Assembly: GCA_045636945.1 (NCBI GenBank)
Contig: JAZTYO010000023.1
Coordinates: 14,485-78,484 of the forward strand
DNA: 64,000 nucleotides
DNA from: Acutalibacteraceae bacterium
Lineage (GTDB): Bacteria; Bacillota; Clostridia; Oscillospirales; Acutalibacteraceae
Reading direction: 5' to 3'
Every line of letters begins with the position of its first letter. Position 1 is the stretch's first letter. The notes under the pieces are model-generated. The model saw only the letters and a program-made list of their open reading frames with translations, made no database searches and was not told the origin of the DNA. Shown here piece after piece: positions 45,800-56,635 of the stretch. A program made the position numbers and the translations under genes.

Positions 45800-46388
45800 A
45801 GGAAGTTTGATTATTGTTTCCGGACCATCGGGTTCGGGTAAAGATACTGTACTCAAAAAACTGTTTGAAAAAATGCCCGAAATTGAATTTTCGATTTCAA
45901 GTGTTTCAAGACCTATGCGCGAGGGCGAAATACAGGGTGAAAAGTACAACTTTATCACACCCGAACAGTTTGAACAGATGATTGTCGACGATGCTCTTTT
46001 GGAGTATAACGTCTATTGCGGAAACTATTACGGAACGCCCAAAGCACCCGTTGAAAAGTGCATTGCCTCGGGCGGAGAGATTATTCTTGAGGTAGATGTA
46101 AACGGTGCTGCAAACGTCCGTAAGAATTGTACCGATAATTTCAGTATTTTTATTGCACCGCCTTCATTTGAGGTGCTTCATAACCGTCTTGTAAACCGCG
46201 GTACCGAAACTGCTGATGTTATTGAGAAGCGTCTTGGCCAAGCCAAAAATGAGCTTGACCGTGCTAAAGAGTACGATTATATCGTTGTTAACGACGATTT
46301 AGATGAGGCTGTTGAGGAATTAAAAAACATTATCCTTTCGGAACGTCATAAAATCGCACGTAACAGTGATATTTTAGAAAAGTTATAA
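45792..46388 (+). CDS. gmk: guanylate kinase
   Basis: P-loop [20 protein letters not shown] and YYGTP motifs. Start at the ATG overlapping the remA end. Confidence 0.92.
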   Translation: MNKGSLIIVSGPSGSGKDTVLKKLFEKMPEIEFSISSVSRPMREGEIQGEKYNFITPEQFEQMIVDDALLEYNVYCGNYYGTPKAPVEKCIASGGEIILEVDVNGAANVRKNCTDNFSIFIAPPSFEVLHNRLVNRGTETADVIEKRLGQAKNELDRAKEYDYIVVNDDLDEAVEELKNIILSERHKIARNSDILEKL

Positions 46389-46434
46389 AAAAATTAAAAT
46401 ACATAGCCGAATGCTCGGCGGAATGGAGAAAATT

Positions 46435-46638
46435 ATGCTTAACCCTTCAATAGGAGTACTTATTCAGAACAACGAGAGTCGTTATAAGCTCGTCCTTGAC
46501 GTTGCCAAGAAGGCACGTGATATTGCAAAAGAGGCTCATGATAACGGTCAGATTATTATTGAAAAGCCCGTTACTCTTGCTATGGATCAGATGGCTGCTG
46601 AAGTAACCGGTACTGTTGAAACTACCGATGAAGAATAA
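46435..46638 (+). CDS. rpoZ: DNA-directed RNA polymerase subunit omega
   Basis: 67 aa. NESRYKLVLDVAKKARDI is typical of RpoZ. GGAG RBS 7 nt upstream. Syntenic after gmk. Confidence 0.85.
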   Translation: MLNPSIGVLIQNNESRYKLVLDVAKKARDIAKEAHDNGQIIIEKPVTLAMDQMAAEVTGTVETTDEE

Positions 46639-46664
46639 TTCTAATTAAAATTTACTTGTAAAGG

Positions 46665-49133
46665 ATGTGGCTTGCCGTGGATAGACCGAGTGTTGTCAGC
46701 GTTGCTGTGGATCAGTCGGTTTTTATGACCGACAGGCCATATAGTTATTTAATACCACCTCATCATGTTGGTAAGGCTAAGATTGGTTGCCGTGTTTTGG
46801 TGCCTTTCGGTAACGGAAACGTACGCAAAACGGGTGTTATCTTAGGCTTTTCTGAACCCGAGGACGACAGAAAACTAAAATCCTTGGTATCGGTGCTTGA
46901 TGATGAACCGATTTTGTCCGAGGATATGATAAAGTTAGCTTCGTTTATCAAGGAGCAAACTTTCTGCACTTGGTATAATGCTGTTCGTGTTTTGTTGCCA
47001 CCCGGTATCAATTATAAGGTCCGTCAGGAGTTTGAGCTTTCTGAAAGTGCAGACAGTGTTTATACAACGCTTGACGGAGAACTGAAAAGCCTTGCAGATT
47101 ATATGGTCAACATCAAAAAGGCTGTATCTAAAGAAACGGCATATCAGGCTTTGGGTTTCTCTGAAGAATCCATTCTGATGGAAAAATTGGTTTCCAAGGG
47201 CTTTGCGGTAAGGGTTGGAACTGCAGTACGAAACGTTGGCGATGCTTCGTTGAAAATGGTACGACTGACCGAAGCATCTAATGACCTTTCCAATGTGAAA
47301 CTCACTCCCAAGCAAAAGCAACTTATGGCCGTTTTGAGAGACCTTGAGTGTTGTTCGGTAAAAGAGCTTTGCTACTTTACAGGTCTGACTCAGGTTGTTA
47401 TTTCGGGACTGTGCAAAAAAGGTCTTGCCGAAATTTTTGACCAGGAATATTATCGAAATCCTTATAAGGGCAAAGAAAAAATCCTTGAACCGCAAAAGGA
47501 ACTGACCGAAAGTCAGACGGTTGCGTTTAATCAGCTTATGATTGATTACAACCGACCCGAGGGTGTAACCTCGTTGCTTTACGGTGTTACGGGTTCGGGT
47601 AAAACACAGGTCTTTTTGAAGATGTGCGATGAGGTCGTGAAAGAGGGCAAGGGTGTTATCGTTATGGTACCCGAAATTGCCCTTACTCCGCAGACTTTAG
47701 GTATTTTCCACCGCAGATTCGGTGATAAGGTTGCCGTTTTCCACAGCGCAATGTCGCAGGGTCAACGCCTTGACGAATGGAAACGTGTCAAACGTGGCAA
47801 GGCTTTGGTTGCCGTCGGTACACGTTCGGCGGTTTTTGCACCGGTACAAAATCTTGGACTTATCATTATGGATGAGGAACAGGAGCATACCTATAAATCC
47901 GAAATGAGTCCGTATTTCCACGCACGTGATATTGCGAGATACCGTATTGCTCAGACTAAAGGCTTATTGATTTTATCTTCCGCAACCCCGTCGATAGAGA
48001 GTTACAGTATGGCATTGGCAGGAAAATACAGCCTTTGCAAATTACCAAGCCGTTTTGGAACTGCAACCTTACCTGAGGTTGAGGTTGTTGATATGCGTGA
48101 AGAAACTGCCAGAGGCAACAGCGGAATAGTCAGTAATTTACTATTTGACCGTATAGACGAAGCACTCAAATCCAAGCATCAGGCTATTCTTTTGCTCAAC
48201 CGCAGAGGATATAATACGTACATATCTTGTACACAGTGCGGTCACGTTATCAACTGTGAAAACTGCAGTATTTCAATGACCTATCATTCGGCCAATAACC
48301 GATTGATGTGTCACTACTGCGGAAAATCGTTGCCCTATGCGGATAAATGTCCTCAATGCGGTGCCGAACGTATGAAATATACGGGACTTGGCACTCAAAA
48401 AGCTGAAGCTGAGCTTGAGGCACTTTTTCCGAATGCTAAAATTCTTCGTATGGATGCCGATAGCACAATGACCCGCAACGATTATGAGAAAAATCTTAAA
48501 GCGTTTGCCGACGGTGAATATGACATTATGCTTGGTACACAGATGGTTGCAAAAGGCCTTGATTTCCCGAAGGTAACGGTAGTTGGAGTACTAAATGCCG
48601 ATATTGCGATGCATTCGAGTGATTTCAGAAGCTATGAGCGAACATTCTCACTGCTTACGCAGGTTGTTGGCCGTTCGGGTAGAGGAACCGATAAAGGTAC
48701 AGCCGTCATTCAGACTATAGAACCCGATTCTAAAATAATCGAGCTTGCCGCAAATCAGGATTACGAATCCTTTTATTCGTCCGAAATAATGACCCGCAAG
48801 CTGATGATATATCCTCCTTATTGCGATATTGCAACGGTATCGTTTATGGGCACAGAACGTAAATATACCGAGGATGCGGCAAGTAATTATTTTGATTTAT
48901 TGAAAAGTACAGTTTCAAGCGGTTATACCGATGTTAAATTGATTATTCTCGGACCTACCGCTGCTGCAGTACCCAAGATAAACAACAATTATCGGTATAA
49001 ACTGATTATAAAATATAAAAATTCGCAAAAATTCAGAGAGTTGATGCAAAAGGTTACGGCAGACTATAACGCAACTGCATATTCGAAAAAAGTCACCGCC
49101 TCCTTGAACGTCAATCCCGACAGTATAATTTAA
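46665..49133 (+). CDS. priA: primosomal protein N' (replication restart helicase PriA)
   Basis: Walker A GVTGSGKT, DEEQEH (DExH), Cys-rich Zn insertion CTQCGHVINCENCSISMTYH...CHYCG...CPQCG. GTG at 46677 is an alternative start. Confidence 0.9.
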   Translation: MWLAVDRPSVVSVAVDQSVFMTDRPYSYLIPPHHVGKAKIGCRVLVPFGNGNVRKTGVILGFSEPEDDRKLKSLVSVLDDEPILSEDMIKLASFIKEQTFCTWYNAVRVLLPPGINYKVRQEFELSESADSVYTTLDGELKSLADYMVNIKKAVSKETAYQALGFSEESILMEKLVSKGFAVRVGTAVRNVGDASLKMVRLTEASNDLSNVKLTPKQKQLMAVLRDLECCSVKELCYFTGLTQVVISGLCKKGLAEIFDQEYYRNPYKGKEKILEPQKELTESQTVAFNQLMIDYNRPEGVTSLLYGVTGSGKTQVFLKMCDEVVKEGKGVIVMVPEIALTPQTLGIFHRRFGDKVAVFHSAMSQGQRLDEWKRVKRGKALVAVGTRSAVFAPVQNLGLIIMDEEQEHTYKSEMSPYFHARDIARYRIAQTKGLLILSSATPSIESYSMALAGKYSLCKLPSRFGTATLPEVEVVDMREETARGNSGIVSNLLFDRIDEALKSKHQAILLLNRRGYNTYISCTQCGHVINCENCSISMTYHSANNRLMCHYCGKSLPYADKCPQCGAERMKYTGLGTQKAEAELEALFPNAKILRMDADSTMTRNDYEKNLKAFADGEYDIMLGTQMVAKGLDFPKVTVVGVLNADIAMHSSDFRSYERTFSLLTQVVGRSGRGTDKGTAVIQTIEPDSKIIELAANQDYESFYSSEIMTRKLMIYPPYCDIATVSFMGTERKYTEDAASNYFDLLKSTVSSGYTDVKLIILGPTAAAVPKINNNYRYKLIIKYKNSQKFRELMQKVTADYNATAYSKKVTASLNVNPDSII

Positions 49134-49144
49134 GGTGAAAAAAT

Positions 49145-49591
49145 ATGGCTATCAGAAATATTGTTACCGAAGGTGATTCGGTACTTCGTAAAACCTGCCG
49201 AAGCGTTTTAAACTTTGACGAAAAGTTGGCACAACTTCTTGACGATATGAAAGAAACAATGTATAAGGCTGAGGGTGTCGGTCTTGCGGCACCGCAGGTC
49301 GGCATTTTGCGTCGTGTATGCGTTGTTGACGTTGGCGACGGTGTTATCGAATTAGTAAACCCTGTTATAGAGGAAACCGAGGGTGAACAGATTGGCTCGG
49401 AAGGTTGCCTTTCATTACCCGGCAAATCTGCAACGGTATGCAGACCTATGAAGGTAACCGTTAGAGCACAGGACAGAAACGGAAACGCATTCACCGTTTC
49501 GGGTGAAGAACTCAAGGCCAGAGCCTTCTGTCATGAAATTGACCATCTTAACGGTATCCTTTACATTGATAAGGCTGTCAGAAAGGATTAA
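49145..49591 (+). CDS. def: peptide deformylase
   Basis: GVGLAAPQ, EGCLS and HEIDHL motifs. Confidence 0.92.
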   Translation: MAIRNIVTEGDSVLRKTCRSVLNFDEKLAQLLDDMKETMYKAEGVGLAAPQVGILRRVCVVDVGDGVIELVNPVIEETEGEQIGSEGCLSLPGKSATVCRPMKVTVRAQDRNGNAFTVSGEELKARAFCHEIDHLNGILYIDKAVRKD

Positions 49592-49594
49592 TCT

Positions 49595-50521
49595 ATGAAG
49601 ATAGTTTTTATGGGAACGCCCGATTTTGCCGTTAACGCCTTGGAGGCTGTGCTTGAAGCCGGTCACGAGGTTACGGGGGTATTTACTCAACCCGATAAAC
49701 CGCAGGGCAGAAAAATGGTTATGACTCCTCCACCGGTCAAGGTGTTTGCCGAATCCCACGGTTTGAAGGTTTTTCAGCCCACAACGGTTAGAACCGATGA
49801 AGCTTTTGAACTTCTTAAAAGCCTTCAGCCCGATTTGATTGCGGTTGTGGCATATGGCAAGATTATTCCCGAAAATATACTTAATCTCCCTAAATACGGC
49901 TGTGTTAACGTTCACGCATCATTGCTGCCAAGACATAGAGGTGCGTCACCGATTCAAACCTCTATTTTGGTTGGTGATAAGGAAACGGGTGTTACCACTC
50001 AGCAGATGGATATCGGTATTGATACCGGTAATATTCTTTTGGCCGAAAAATGCGATATTATTTCGACCGACACCTTTGAGACGCTACATGATAAGTTGGC
50101 TGTGATGGGTGCAAAGCTGCTTGTAGATACCGTTGACGGCTTGAAAAACGGCACTATCGTACCTCTAAAGCAACCCGAGGACGGTGTTACTCATTGCTCG
50201 ATCATCACCAAAGAAATGGGTCAGATCGACTTTAATAAAACCGCATGCGAGATAGATTGCCTTATCCGTGCTTTTACCCCTTGGCCGTCAGCTTTTTTCT
50301 TTATGAACGGCAAGCGTGTTAAGGTTATTTCGGCTACGTTGGGAGATAAAACCTCGAAGTCTGCAGGTACCGTTATTGATACTAAAAACGCTTTGGTCGT
50401 TGCCTGCGGTGAGGGTTCATCAATTGTATTTAATGAGCTTCAGCCCGAGGGTAAAGGAAAAATGACGGCTAAAGCATTGCTTAACGGTTATCCCGTTGAG
50501 ATAGGAACTGTGTTGTTATGA
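49595..50521 (+). CDS. fmt: methionyl-tRNA formyltransferase
   Basis: MKIVFMGTPDFAV, NVHASLLPRHRGASPIQ and a C-terminal Fmt domain. Confidence 0.92.
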   Translation: MKIVFMGTPDFAVNALEAVLEAGHEVTGVFTQPDKPQGRKMVMTPPPVKVFAESHGLKVFQPTTVRTDEAFELLKSLQPDLIAVVAYGKIIPENILNLPKYGCVNVHASLLPRHRGASPIQTSILVGDKETGVTTQQMDIGIDTGNILLAEKCDIISTDTFETLHDKLAVMGAKLLVDTVDGLKNGTIVPLKQPEDGVTHCSIITKEMGQIDFNKTACEIDCLIRAFTPWPSAFFFMNGKRVKVISATLGDKTSKSAGTVIDTKNALVVACGEGSSIVFNELQPEGKGKMTAKALLNGYPVEIGTVLL

Positions 50522-51786
50522 ATGCAAGACAGGTAGCGGTCAAGGTCATTTCCGAAATAGAGCGTGACAAAAGCTATTCAAATATCGCTTCGGATAAAGC
50601 CATAAAGGAAGCCGAGCTTTCAAAGGTAGATGCTGCATTGGCAAGTATGCTGATTTACGGCGTATTGCAGCGTAAGATCACTCTTGATTTTATTTTGTCA
50701 GAGGCGGCAGGAAAGAATTTCAAGAAAACCCATCCGTTTGTTTTGTCGGTTTTGAGGGTTGCGGCGTATCAGTTGCTTTTTATGGACAAGATTCCGCCGT
50801 CAGCTGCAGTTAACGAGGCTGTCAAGATCGTGAAATCGTCAAAACAACGATTTGCACAAGGCTTTGTCAATGCGGTTTTGCGTAAAGTTATTGCTGAGAA
50901 GGACGCTTTTCTTGAAATATTAGAAAATTGTGAGGATTTGAGCATTAAGTATTCCTGCTTGAATGAGTTCGCCAACAGTTTGATTTCTGATTACGGCAAA
51001 GATACTGCCGAGGGCTTTTTAAAGGCATCGCTTGAATCACCGAAACTTTACTGCCGCGTTAATATTTTTGCGGTAAAGGATGCACTTTTTGACAGATTGG
51101 GTAAAAAGGGAATTACCGTTGAAAATTTAGATGTTGACGGTGCATTCTGTATGCAGGATGCAGGTAACGTTGAAGGACTGTCGGAATTTAAAAACGGTGA
51201 GTTTTTTGTTCAGGATTTGGCTTCACAGATTGCCATTTCTCAATTAGGCATAAATACCGGTGATACTGTGATTGACGTTTGTGCTGCTCCGGGAGGTAAA
51301 AGCTTTACGGCATCTCAATATACAGGTCAATATGGCAGGATATTGTCTTTAGACCTTTATGAAAAAAGGGCAGGGCTTATCAAAAAAGGTGCTATTCGTT
51401 TGAATATCAAAAATCTTGATTCAAAACAGAATGATGCTACTGTTTTTAATCCCGATTTTGGTGTGTTTGACCGTGTTATTTGTGACGTTCCGTGTTCTGG
51501 ATTCGGTGTTATCCGCCGTAAACCTGAAATTAAATATAAAAATCTTCGAGATTTTTCGGAATTACCCAATATACAGTTAAAAATTCTTGAAACCTCAGTT
51601 GGATACCTTAAAGAAAACGGAACTTTGATGTATTCAACCTGCACCGTACGTATCGCCGAAAATCGTGCTGTTGTTGATAAATTTTTAAAGTCGCATAATG
51701 ACTTTGAGGTAGTGTCGGAAAAGACGCTGATGCCACACTTAAACGGTTGTGACGGTTTCTATTTCTGCATTTTAAAGAGGCATTAA
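50518..51786 (+). CDS. rsmB: 16S rRNA (cytosine967-C5)-methyltransferase
   Basis: NusB-like N-terminus, SAM site DVCAAPGGKS, catalytic DVPCSG and MYSTCT motifs. Confidence 0.88.
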   Translation: MNARQVAVKVISEIERDKSYSNIASDKAIKEAELSKVDAALASMLIYGVLQRKITLDFILSEAAGKNFKKTHPFVLSVLRVAAYQLLFMDKIPPSAAVNEAVKIVKSSKQRFAQGFVNAVLRKVIAEKDAFLEILENCEDLSIKYSCLNEFANSLISDYGKDTAEGFLKASLESPKLYCRVNIFAVKDALFDRLGKKGITVENLDVDGAFCMQDAGNVEGLSEFKNGEFFVQDLASQIAISQLGINTGDTVIDVCAAPGGKSFTASQYTGQYGRILSLDLYEKRAGLIKKGAIRLNIKNLDSKQNDATVFNPDFGVFDRVICDVPCSGFGVIRRKPEIKYKNLRDFSELPNIQLKILETSVGYLKENGTLMYSTCTVRIAENRAVVDKFLKSHNDFEVVSEKTLMPHLNGCDGFYFCILKRH

Positions 51787-52830
51787 ATGGAAAAAATAGA
51801 CATCAGATCAATGTACTTAGAGGAGCTTGAAACCCTGATGAAAGAGATGGGTGAGCCCAAGTTCCGCGCAGGTCAAATTTTTGATTGGTTACAGCAAGGA
51901 GTCGAAAATTTCGATGAAATGACCAATATTCCGTCAAAATTACGTGTAATACTGCAAGAAGGTTACTATATTGTAACCGCAAATATCAAAAAAAGACTTG
52001 AATCTAGTATAGATGATACTGTAAAATACTTATATGAACTTCAAGATGGCGAATTAGTCGAATCCGTGCTTATGAAATATAATCACGGATATTCGGTTTG
52101 TGTATCTACTCAGGTCGGTTGCCGAATGGGATGTAGCTTCTGCGCATCGGGACTGAACGGTTTGAAACGAAACCTTACAGCCTCTGAAATTCTTTCACAG
52201 ATTACCAAGGCTCAAAGGGACAACGGAATCCGAATCTCCAATGTTGTCCTTATGGGAATGGGCGAGCCTATGGATAATCTCGACAACGTGATAAGGTTTT
52301 TGAAACTTGTTTCACACGAAAAGGGTCTTAATATCGGTCTTCGTCATATCTCGGTTTCAACCTCGGGTGTTGTTTCGGGAATATATAGATTGATGGAGGA
52401 AAACTTCCCGATAACCTTGTCTATTTCGCTTCACGCTCCGAATGATAAAATCCGTGATTCTATAATGAAGGTCAATAAGCGTTGGAACATTGCAACACTT
52501 ATTAAGGCTTGTAAAGACTATATTAGGGTCACGGGTCGCCGCATATCATTTGAGTATGCTGTGGTTGATGGTGTGAACAACAGTGATGCCGACGCGAAAG
52601 AGCTTGCGAGCCTTTTGAAGGGAATGCTTTGTCACGTAAATCTGATTCCGGTCAATCCCGTTAAGGAAAACACTTACAAAAAGCCCGAGCGAAAGAAAAT
52701 CGAGCATTTTTGTAAGCTATTGAATGACCTTGGTATCAATACTACGATAAGAAGAACCTTGGGTTCAGATATTGATGCCTCTTGCGGACAGTTGAGAGGC
52801 AAGGCTTTGGAAGAAGCCGAAATCAAATAA
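51787..52830 (+). CDS. rlmN: 23S rRNA/tRNA (adenine-C2)-methyltransferase, radical SAM
   Basis: FRAGQIFDW, radical-SAM cluster motif GCRMGCSFCASG and C-terminal DIDASCGQL. Confidence 0.92.
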   Translation: MEKIDIRSMYLEELETLMKEMGEPKFRAGQIFDWLQQGVENFDEMTNIPSKLRVILQEGYYIVTANIKKRLESSIDDTVKYLYELQDGELVESVLMKYNHGYSVCVSTQVGCRMGCSFCASGLNGLKRNLTASEILSQITKAQRDNGIRISNVVLMGMGEPMDNLDNVIRFLKLVSHEKGLNIGLRHISVSTSGVVSGIYRLMEENFPITLSISLHAPNDKIRDSIMKVNKRWNIATLIKACKDYIRVTGRRISFEYAVVDGVNNSDADAKELASLLKGMLCHVNLIPVNPVKENTYKKPERKKIEHFCKLLNDLGINTTIRRTLGSDIDASCGQLRGKALEEAEIK

Positions 52831-52852
52831 TATACGTTAGGGGGTGTGGAAA

Positions 52853-53581
52853 ATGAATATTGTAGGTTATTCCGATAAAGGCGCAGTTCGTTCTTCGAAT
52901 CAGGATGCTTTTATGGTAGGCACTATGGATGACGGTTCGTCGTGGGCTGTTGTTTGTGACGGTATGGGCGGTGCCAGTGGCGGTAACGTTGCAAGCCGTC
53001 TTGCAGTTGATCATTTCTCCGCATCCTTAAAAGCAGGATACCGTAGCGGAATGTCTGAAAGCTCGGTTAAAAACCTGCTGGAATCGGCAGTAAACGCTGC
53101 CAATATCCGAGTTTTTGATAAATCACGTGAAAGCAAAGAACTTAACGGAATGGGAACAACAATAGTTGCGACCATTATTATCGGAAGCACCGCATATTTT
53201 ATCCACGCAGGTGATAGCCGTGCGTATTCTTTCTCAAACGGCGAACTTTCACAGTTGACGCGTGACCATTCGATTGTTCAATCAATGATTGAAAACGGAA
53301 AGCTGACTCCTGAGGAAGCACGTTTTCACCCCAGAAAGAACGTCATTACAAGAGCTTTAGGTGTTGAGGAAATCATTGCTCCCGAGTTTAATGTTTATGA
53401 TTTGAACTGCAACGATAAACTGTTGCTTTGCACAGATGGATTGACCAACTTTGTTGATTTGGATAATATTGGCTCGGTGCTATCGGGTGACTTTAAGGAC
53501 AAGTCAAAAGAGCTTGTTGATTTGGCCAACAAAAACGGTGGCGGTGACAATATTACCGCAGTCGTTATTGAAAATAATTAA
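52853..53581 (+). CDS. prpC: PP2C-family Ser/Thr phosphatase (Stp/PrpC)
   Basis: RSSNQDAF, VCDGMGG, GMGTT, CTDGL and GGGDNITAV motifs. Confidence 0.88.
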   Translation: MNIVGYSDKGAVRSSNQDAFMVGTMDDGSSWAVVCDGMGGASGGNVASRLAVDHFSASLKAGYRSGMSESSVKNLLESAVNAANIRVFDKSRESKELNGMGTTIVATIIIGSTAYFIHAGDSRAYSFSNGELSQLTRDHSIVQSMIENGKLTPEEARFHPRKNVITRALGVEEIIAPEFNVYDLNCNDKLLLCTDGLTNFVDLDNIGSVLSGDFKDKSKELVDLANKNGGGDNITAVVIENN

Positions 53582-53618
53582 CTTACTATTTTACTATTGA
53601 AGATTGGAAGTTTGATTT

Positions 53619-55727
53619 ATGGACAAATTTGTCGGAAAAAGACTTGACGGAAGGTATGAGATACGCGAGATTATCGGTGTCGGCGGTATGGCTGTGGTCT
53701 ATAAGGCTTATGACTGTATCGAAGACCGTATTGTTGCTGTCAAAATACTTAAAGAGGAGTTTATTTCTAACGAGGAGTTTATTATCCGCTTTAAGAATGA
53801 ATCCAAGGCTATTGCGGTGCTTAACCACCCCAATATCGTAAAGGTTTATGACGTTAGCTTCGGTGACCTCATTCAGTATATCGTTATGGAATACGTTGAC
53901 GGTATAACCTTAAAGCAGTATATTGAAAAACAGCAGAATCTCCGCTGGAAAGATGCTGTTTATCTAACCATACAGGTACTTCGCGCTTTGCAGCACGCCC
54001 ACGATAAGGGTATTGTGCACCGTGATGTAAAGCCTCAGAATATTATGCTTCTTGCAGACGGTACTATAAAGGTTACTGATTTTGGTATTGCTCGTTTTGC
54101 TCGCAGTGAGCATAAGACTATGACCGATAAAGCTATCGGTTCAGTCCATTACATTAGTCCTGAACAGGCAAGAGGAGAGGCAACCGATGAAAAGGCTGAT
54201 ATCTACTCGGTCGGTGTTATGCTTTACGAAATGCTGACAGGTCGTCTGCCTTTTGAGGCTGACAGTGCTGTTTCGGTTGCAATTATGCAGTTGCAGCAGG
54301 ACCCTGTACTTCCTCGCGATATAAATGAAAATATTCCCGTTGGTCTTGAACAGGTAACTATGCATGCAATGCAAAAGGACGTATTTAAGAGATACCGTTC
54401 TGCCGCTGAGATGCTTCGTGACCTTGAGGAATTCAGAAGAAGCCCTGATATGGTATTTGAGTATACCTATTTTGTTGATAACGAGCCTACTCGTTTCGTT
54501 GACGCGGTAAATGATGCAGACTCCTTAAATGCTGGTCTTGGTGTTGCCGCCGTGGCCGAAAATGCTCGTGGTACAAATAAGAATATTGATGATTACGACG
54601 ACTATGATGACGAGGATGATGAAGACAACGAAAAGTCACCCGTTATTCCTATCCTGACAGGTGTTGCTATCGCCTTCGTAATTGCGATGCTCATAGGTAT
54701 TTTCCTTTTCTTCAAGTTCTGGAACGAAGATGCTACTTCGACCGTTACCGTGCCTAAGCTCGTCGGTATGACCATCGAAGAAATCAGACAGGATTATCCT
54801 GATTATAAATATGTTCTTGAATATCAAGAGAGTGCAGATATTCCGGCGGGTACAGTTATGAAGCAGTCGCCGTCAGAAGGTAGAGAAATTAAAGATACAC
54901 AGAAGATTACTCTTACTGTAAGTCAGGGCACCGAACTTGTTCCCATACCCAGAATTGCTAACCTTAGCGTAACCGATGGACAGTTACAGTTAAGACTCGC
55001 AGGTTTGCAGTATGAATTGGTTTCAAAGCATGATGCTACTGTTCCTGAAAATCAGGTTATTTCTACCAATCCTCCTGAGGGTACTCCCGTTAAGTATGGT
55101 ACAGCAGTTCAGATTTACGTAAGTATCGGTCCTGAGGTTAAGTATGTTGACAATGTTGATTGTGTTGGTTATAAAGAAGCCGATGCCATTGCAAAGCTTG
55201 AGGCAGCAGGTTTGACTGTTAAAGTAACTCCGTATGACGTAAATAAGCCTGCAGGTATTGTTGTTAAGCAGACTCCCGATAAAGCAACAAGTCAGACATT
55301 ACCGCAAGGCTCAACTGTTGAGATTTTTGTAAGTACCGGTGTTTTGAAATATTCACATACCGTTGCCATCGACGATATGCCTACCAATTTTGCAGAAAAC
55401 ACCTCTGCTACCTTTATCGCATGGAAGGGCAACGAAAAAGTTGGCGAGATTACTGTAAGAAAGATTAACGAGTATGACGGTACTTGGACGGTTAATATTG
55501 ACCGCGTTTCCGAGCCCACTGTAAAACTCACTATTGCGATAAAGTTTGCTGACGGTAGCGAAATTGATGCTCTTGTTTATACAGTTGATATGGCAAACAA
55601 GACCGACACCGTTGAAACTACTACCGAGCTTGTACCGTATCTTTCGGTTGGTGGTGACACTAGTAGCGAAAGCCCTTCGACTACAAGCAGTGAGGAACCA
55701 TCTACCCAATCTGTTGACGGAGAATAA
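53619..55727 (+). CDS. prkC: Ser/Thr protein kinase with PASTA repeats (PrkC/Stk1)
   Basis: Hanks kinase motifs GVGGMAVVYKA, HRDVKPQN, DFGIA and SPEQA, then a TM helix, three PASTA-like repeats and an extra C-terminal domain. Confidence 0.9.
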   Translation: MDKFVGKRLDGRYEIREIIGVGGMAVVYKAYDCIEDRIVAVKILKEEFISNEEFIIRFKNESKAIAVLNHPNIVKVYDVSFGDLIQYIVMEYVDGITLKQYIEKQQNLRWKDAVYLTIQVLRALQHAHDKGIVHRDVKPQNIMLLADGTIKVTDFGIARFARSEHKTMTDKAIGSVHYISPEQARGEATDEKADIYSVGVMLYEMLTGRLPFEADSAVSVAIMQLQQDPVLPRDINENIPVGLEQVTMHAMQKDVFKRYRSAAEMLRDLEEFRRSPDMVFEYTYFVDNEPTRFVDAVNDADSLNAGLGVAAVAENARGTNKNIDDYDDYDDEDDEDNEKSPVIPILTGVAIAFVIAMLIGIFLFFKFWNEDATSTVTVPKLVGMTIEEIRQDYPDYKYVLEYQESADIPAGTVMKQSPSEGREIKDTQKITLTVSQGTELVPIPRIANLSVTDGQLQLRLAGLQYELVSKHDATVPENQVISTNPPEGTPVKYGTAVQIYVSIGPEVKYVDNVDCVGYKEADAIAKLEAAGLTVKVTPYDVNKPAGIVVKQTPDKATSQTLPQGSTVEIFVSTGVLKYSHTVAIDDMPTNFAENTSATFIAWKGNEKVGEITVRKINEYDGTWTVNIDRVSEPTVKLTIAIKFADGSEIDALVYTVDMANKTDTVETTTELVPYLSVGGDTSSESPSTTSSEEPSTQSVDGE

Positions 55728-55735
55728 GTGAATTT

Positions 55736-56635
55736 ATGAGCTTTTCAAACGATAGGCTCGACGGAATAATCATAAAATCTATTGCCGGCTTCTGCTATGT
55801 GGAAGTCGGCAATGAGGTATATGAGTGTAAACCTAGAGGCTCTTTCCGAAAGGAAGGGATAAGTCCGTCGGCTGGTGATAAGGTTTCTATAACTCTTAAT
55901 GGACGGAAAGGCACTGTCGAGGTAATACATCCGCGCAAAAACTTTCTTTTAAGACCTCCGCTTGCTAATCTTGACAAGCTTTTTATTGTTTCGTCGTGTA
56001 GTGTTCCTGCGGTTAATCCATTGCTTATTGACCGTATGACTTCTATTTGTGAGCATATTGAGGTTCAACCTGTTATCGTGTTTAACAAGGCTGATATGGG
56101 TGATTTTGGCGACCTGCCCGAGGTTTATGAAAACGCAGGTTATATAACCTTTGTCGTTTCGGCTGAAACGGGTGATGGTGTTGATGCCATAAAATCTGAA
56201 CTTGACGGTTGTATTTCTGCATTTTGCGGTAACTCAGGTGTTGGAAAATCAAGTCTATTAAACCGTTTGCTTGACGGAGTTAATCTTTCTACGGGCAAAG
56301 TTAGTGAAAAACTCGGTAGAGGCAAGCACACTACGAGAACAGTTGAATTGTTTAAGGTTTCGGGTGGCTACGTTGCTGACACTCCGGGCTTTTCAACCTT
56401 GGAGCTTACTGATTTTATGCTCAATGATAAAGACGAACTCAAGTTTTGTTTTCCAGAGTTTTCTGAGCATTTCGGCAAATGCCGATTTAACTCTTGTACC
56501 CACGTTAACGAGCCTGATTGTTCGGTAATTAAAGCAGTGAAATCTGGCAAACTATCGAAATCACGTCACGATAGTTACGTTTCGATGTATGAGGTTCTGA
56601 AAAAAATCAAATCATGGGAGATTAACAAAAAGTGA
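55736..56635 (+). CDS. rsgA: ribosome small-subunit-dependent GTPase A
   Basis: OB domain, circularly permuted GTPase (NKADM, GNSGVGKSSLLN, DTPGF) and Zn site CRFNSCTHVNEPDC. Confidence 0.9.
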   Translation: MSFSNDRLDGIIIKSIAGFCYVEVGNEVYECKPRGSFRKEGISPSAGDKVSITLNGRKGTVEVIHPRKNFLLRPPLANLDKLFIVSSCSVPAVNPLLIDRMTSICEHIEVQPVIVFNKADMGDFGDLPEVYENAGYITFVVSAETGDGVDAIKSELDGCISAFCGNSGVGKSSLLNRLLDGVNLSTGKVSEKLGRGKHTTRTVELFKVSGGYVADTPGFSTLELTDFMLNDKDELKFCFPEFSEHFGKCRFNSCTHVNEPDCSVIKAVKSGKLSKSRHDSYVSMYEVLKKIKSWEINKK

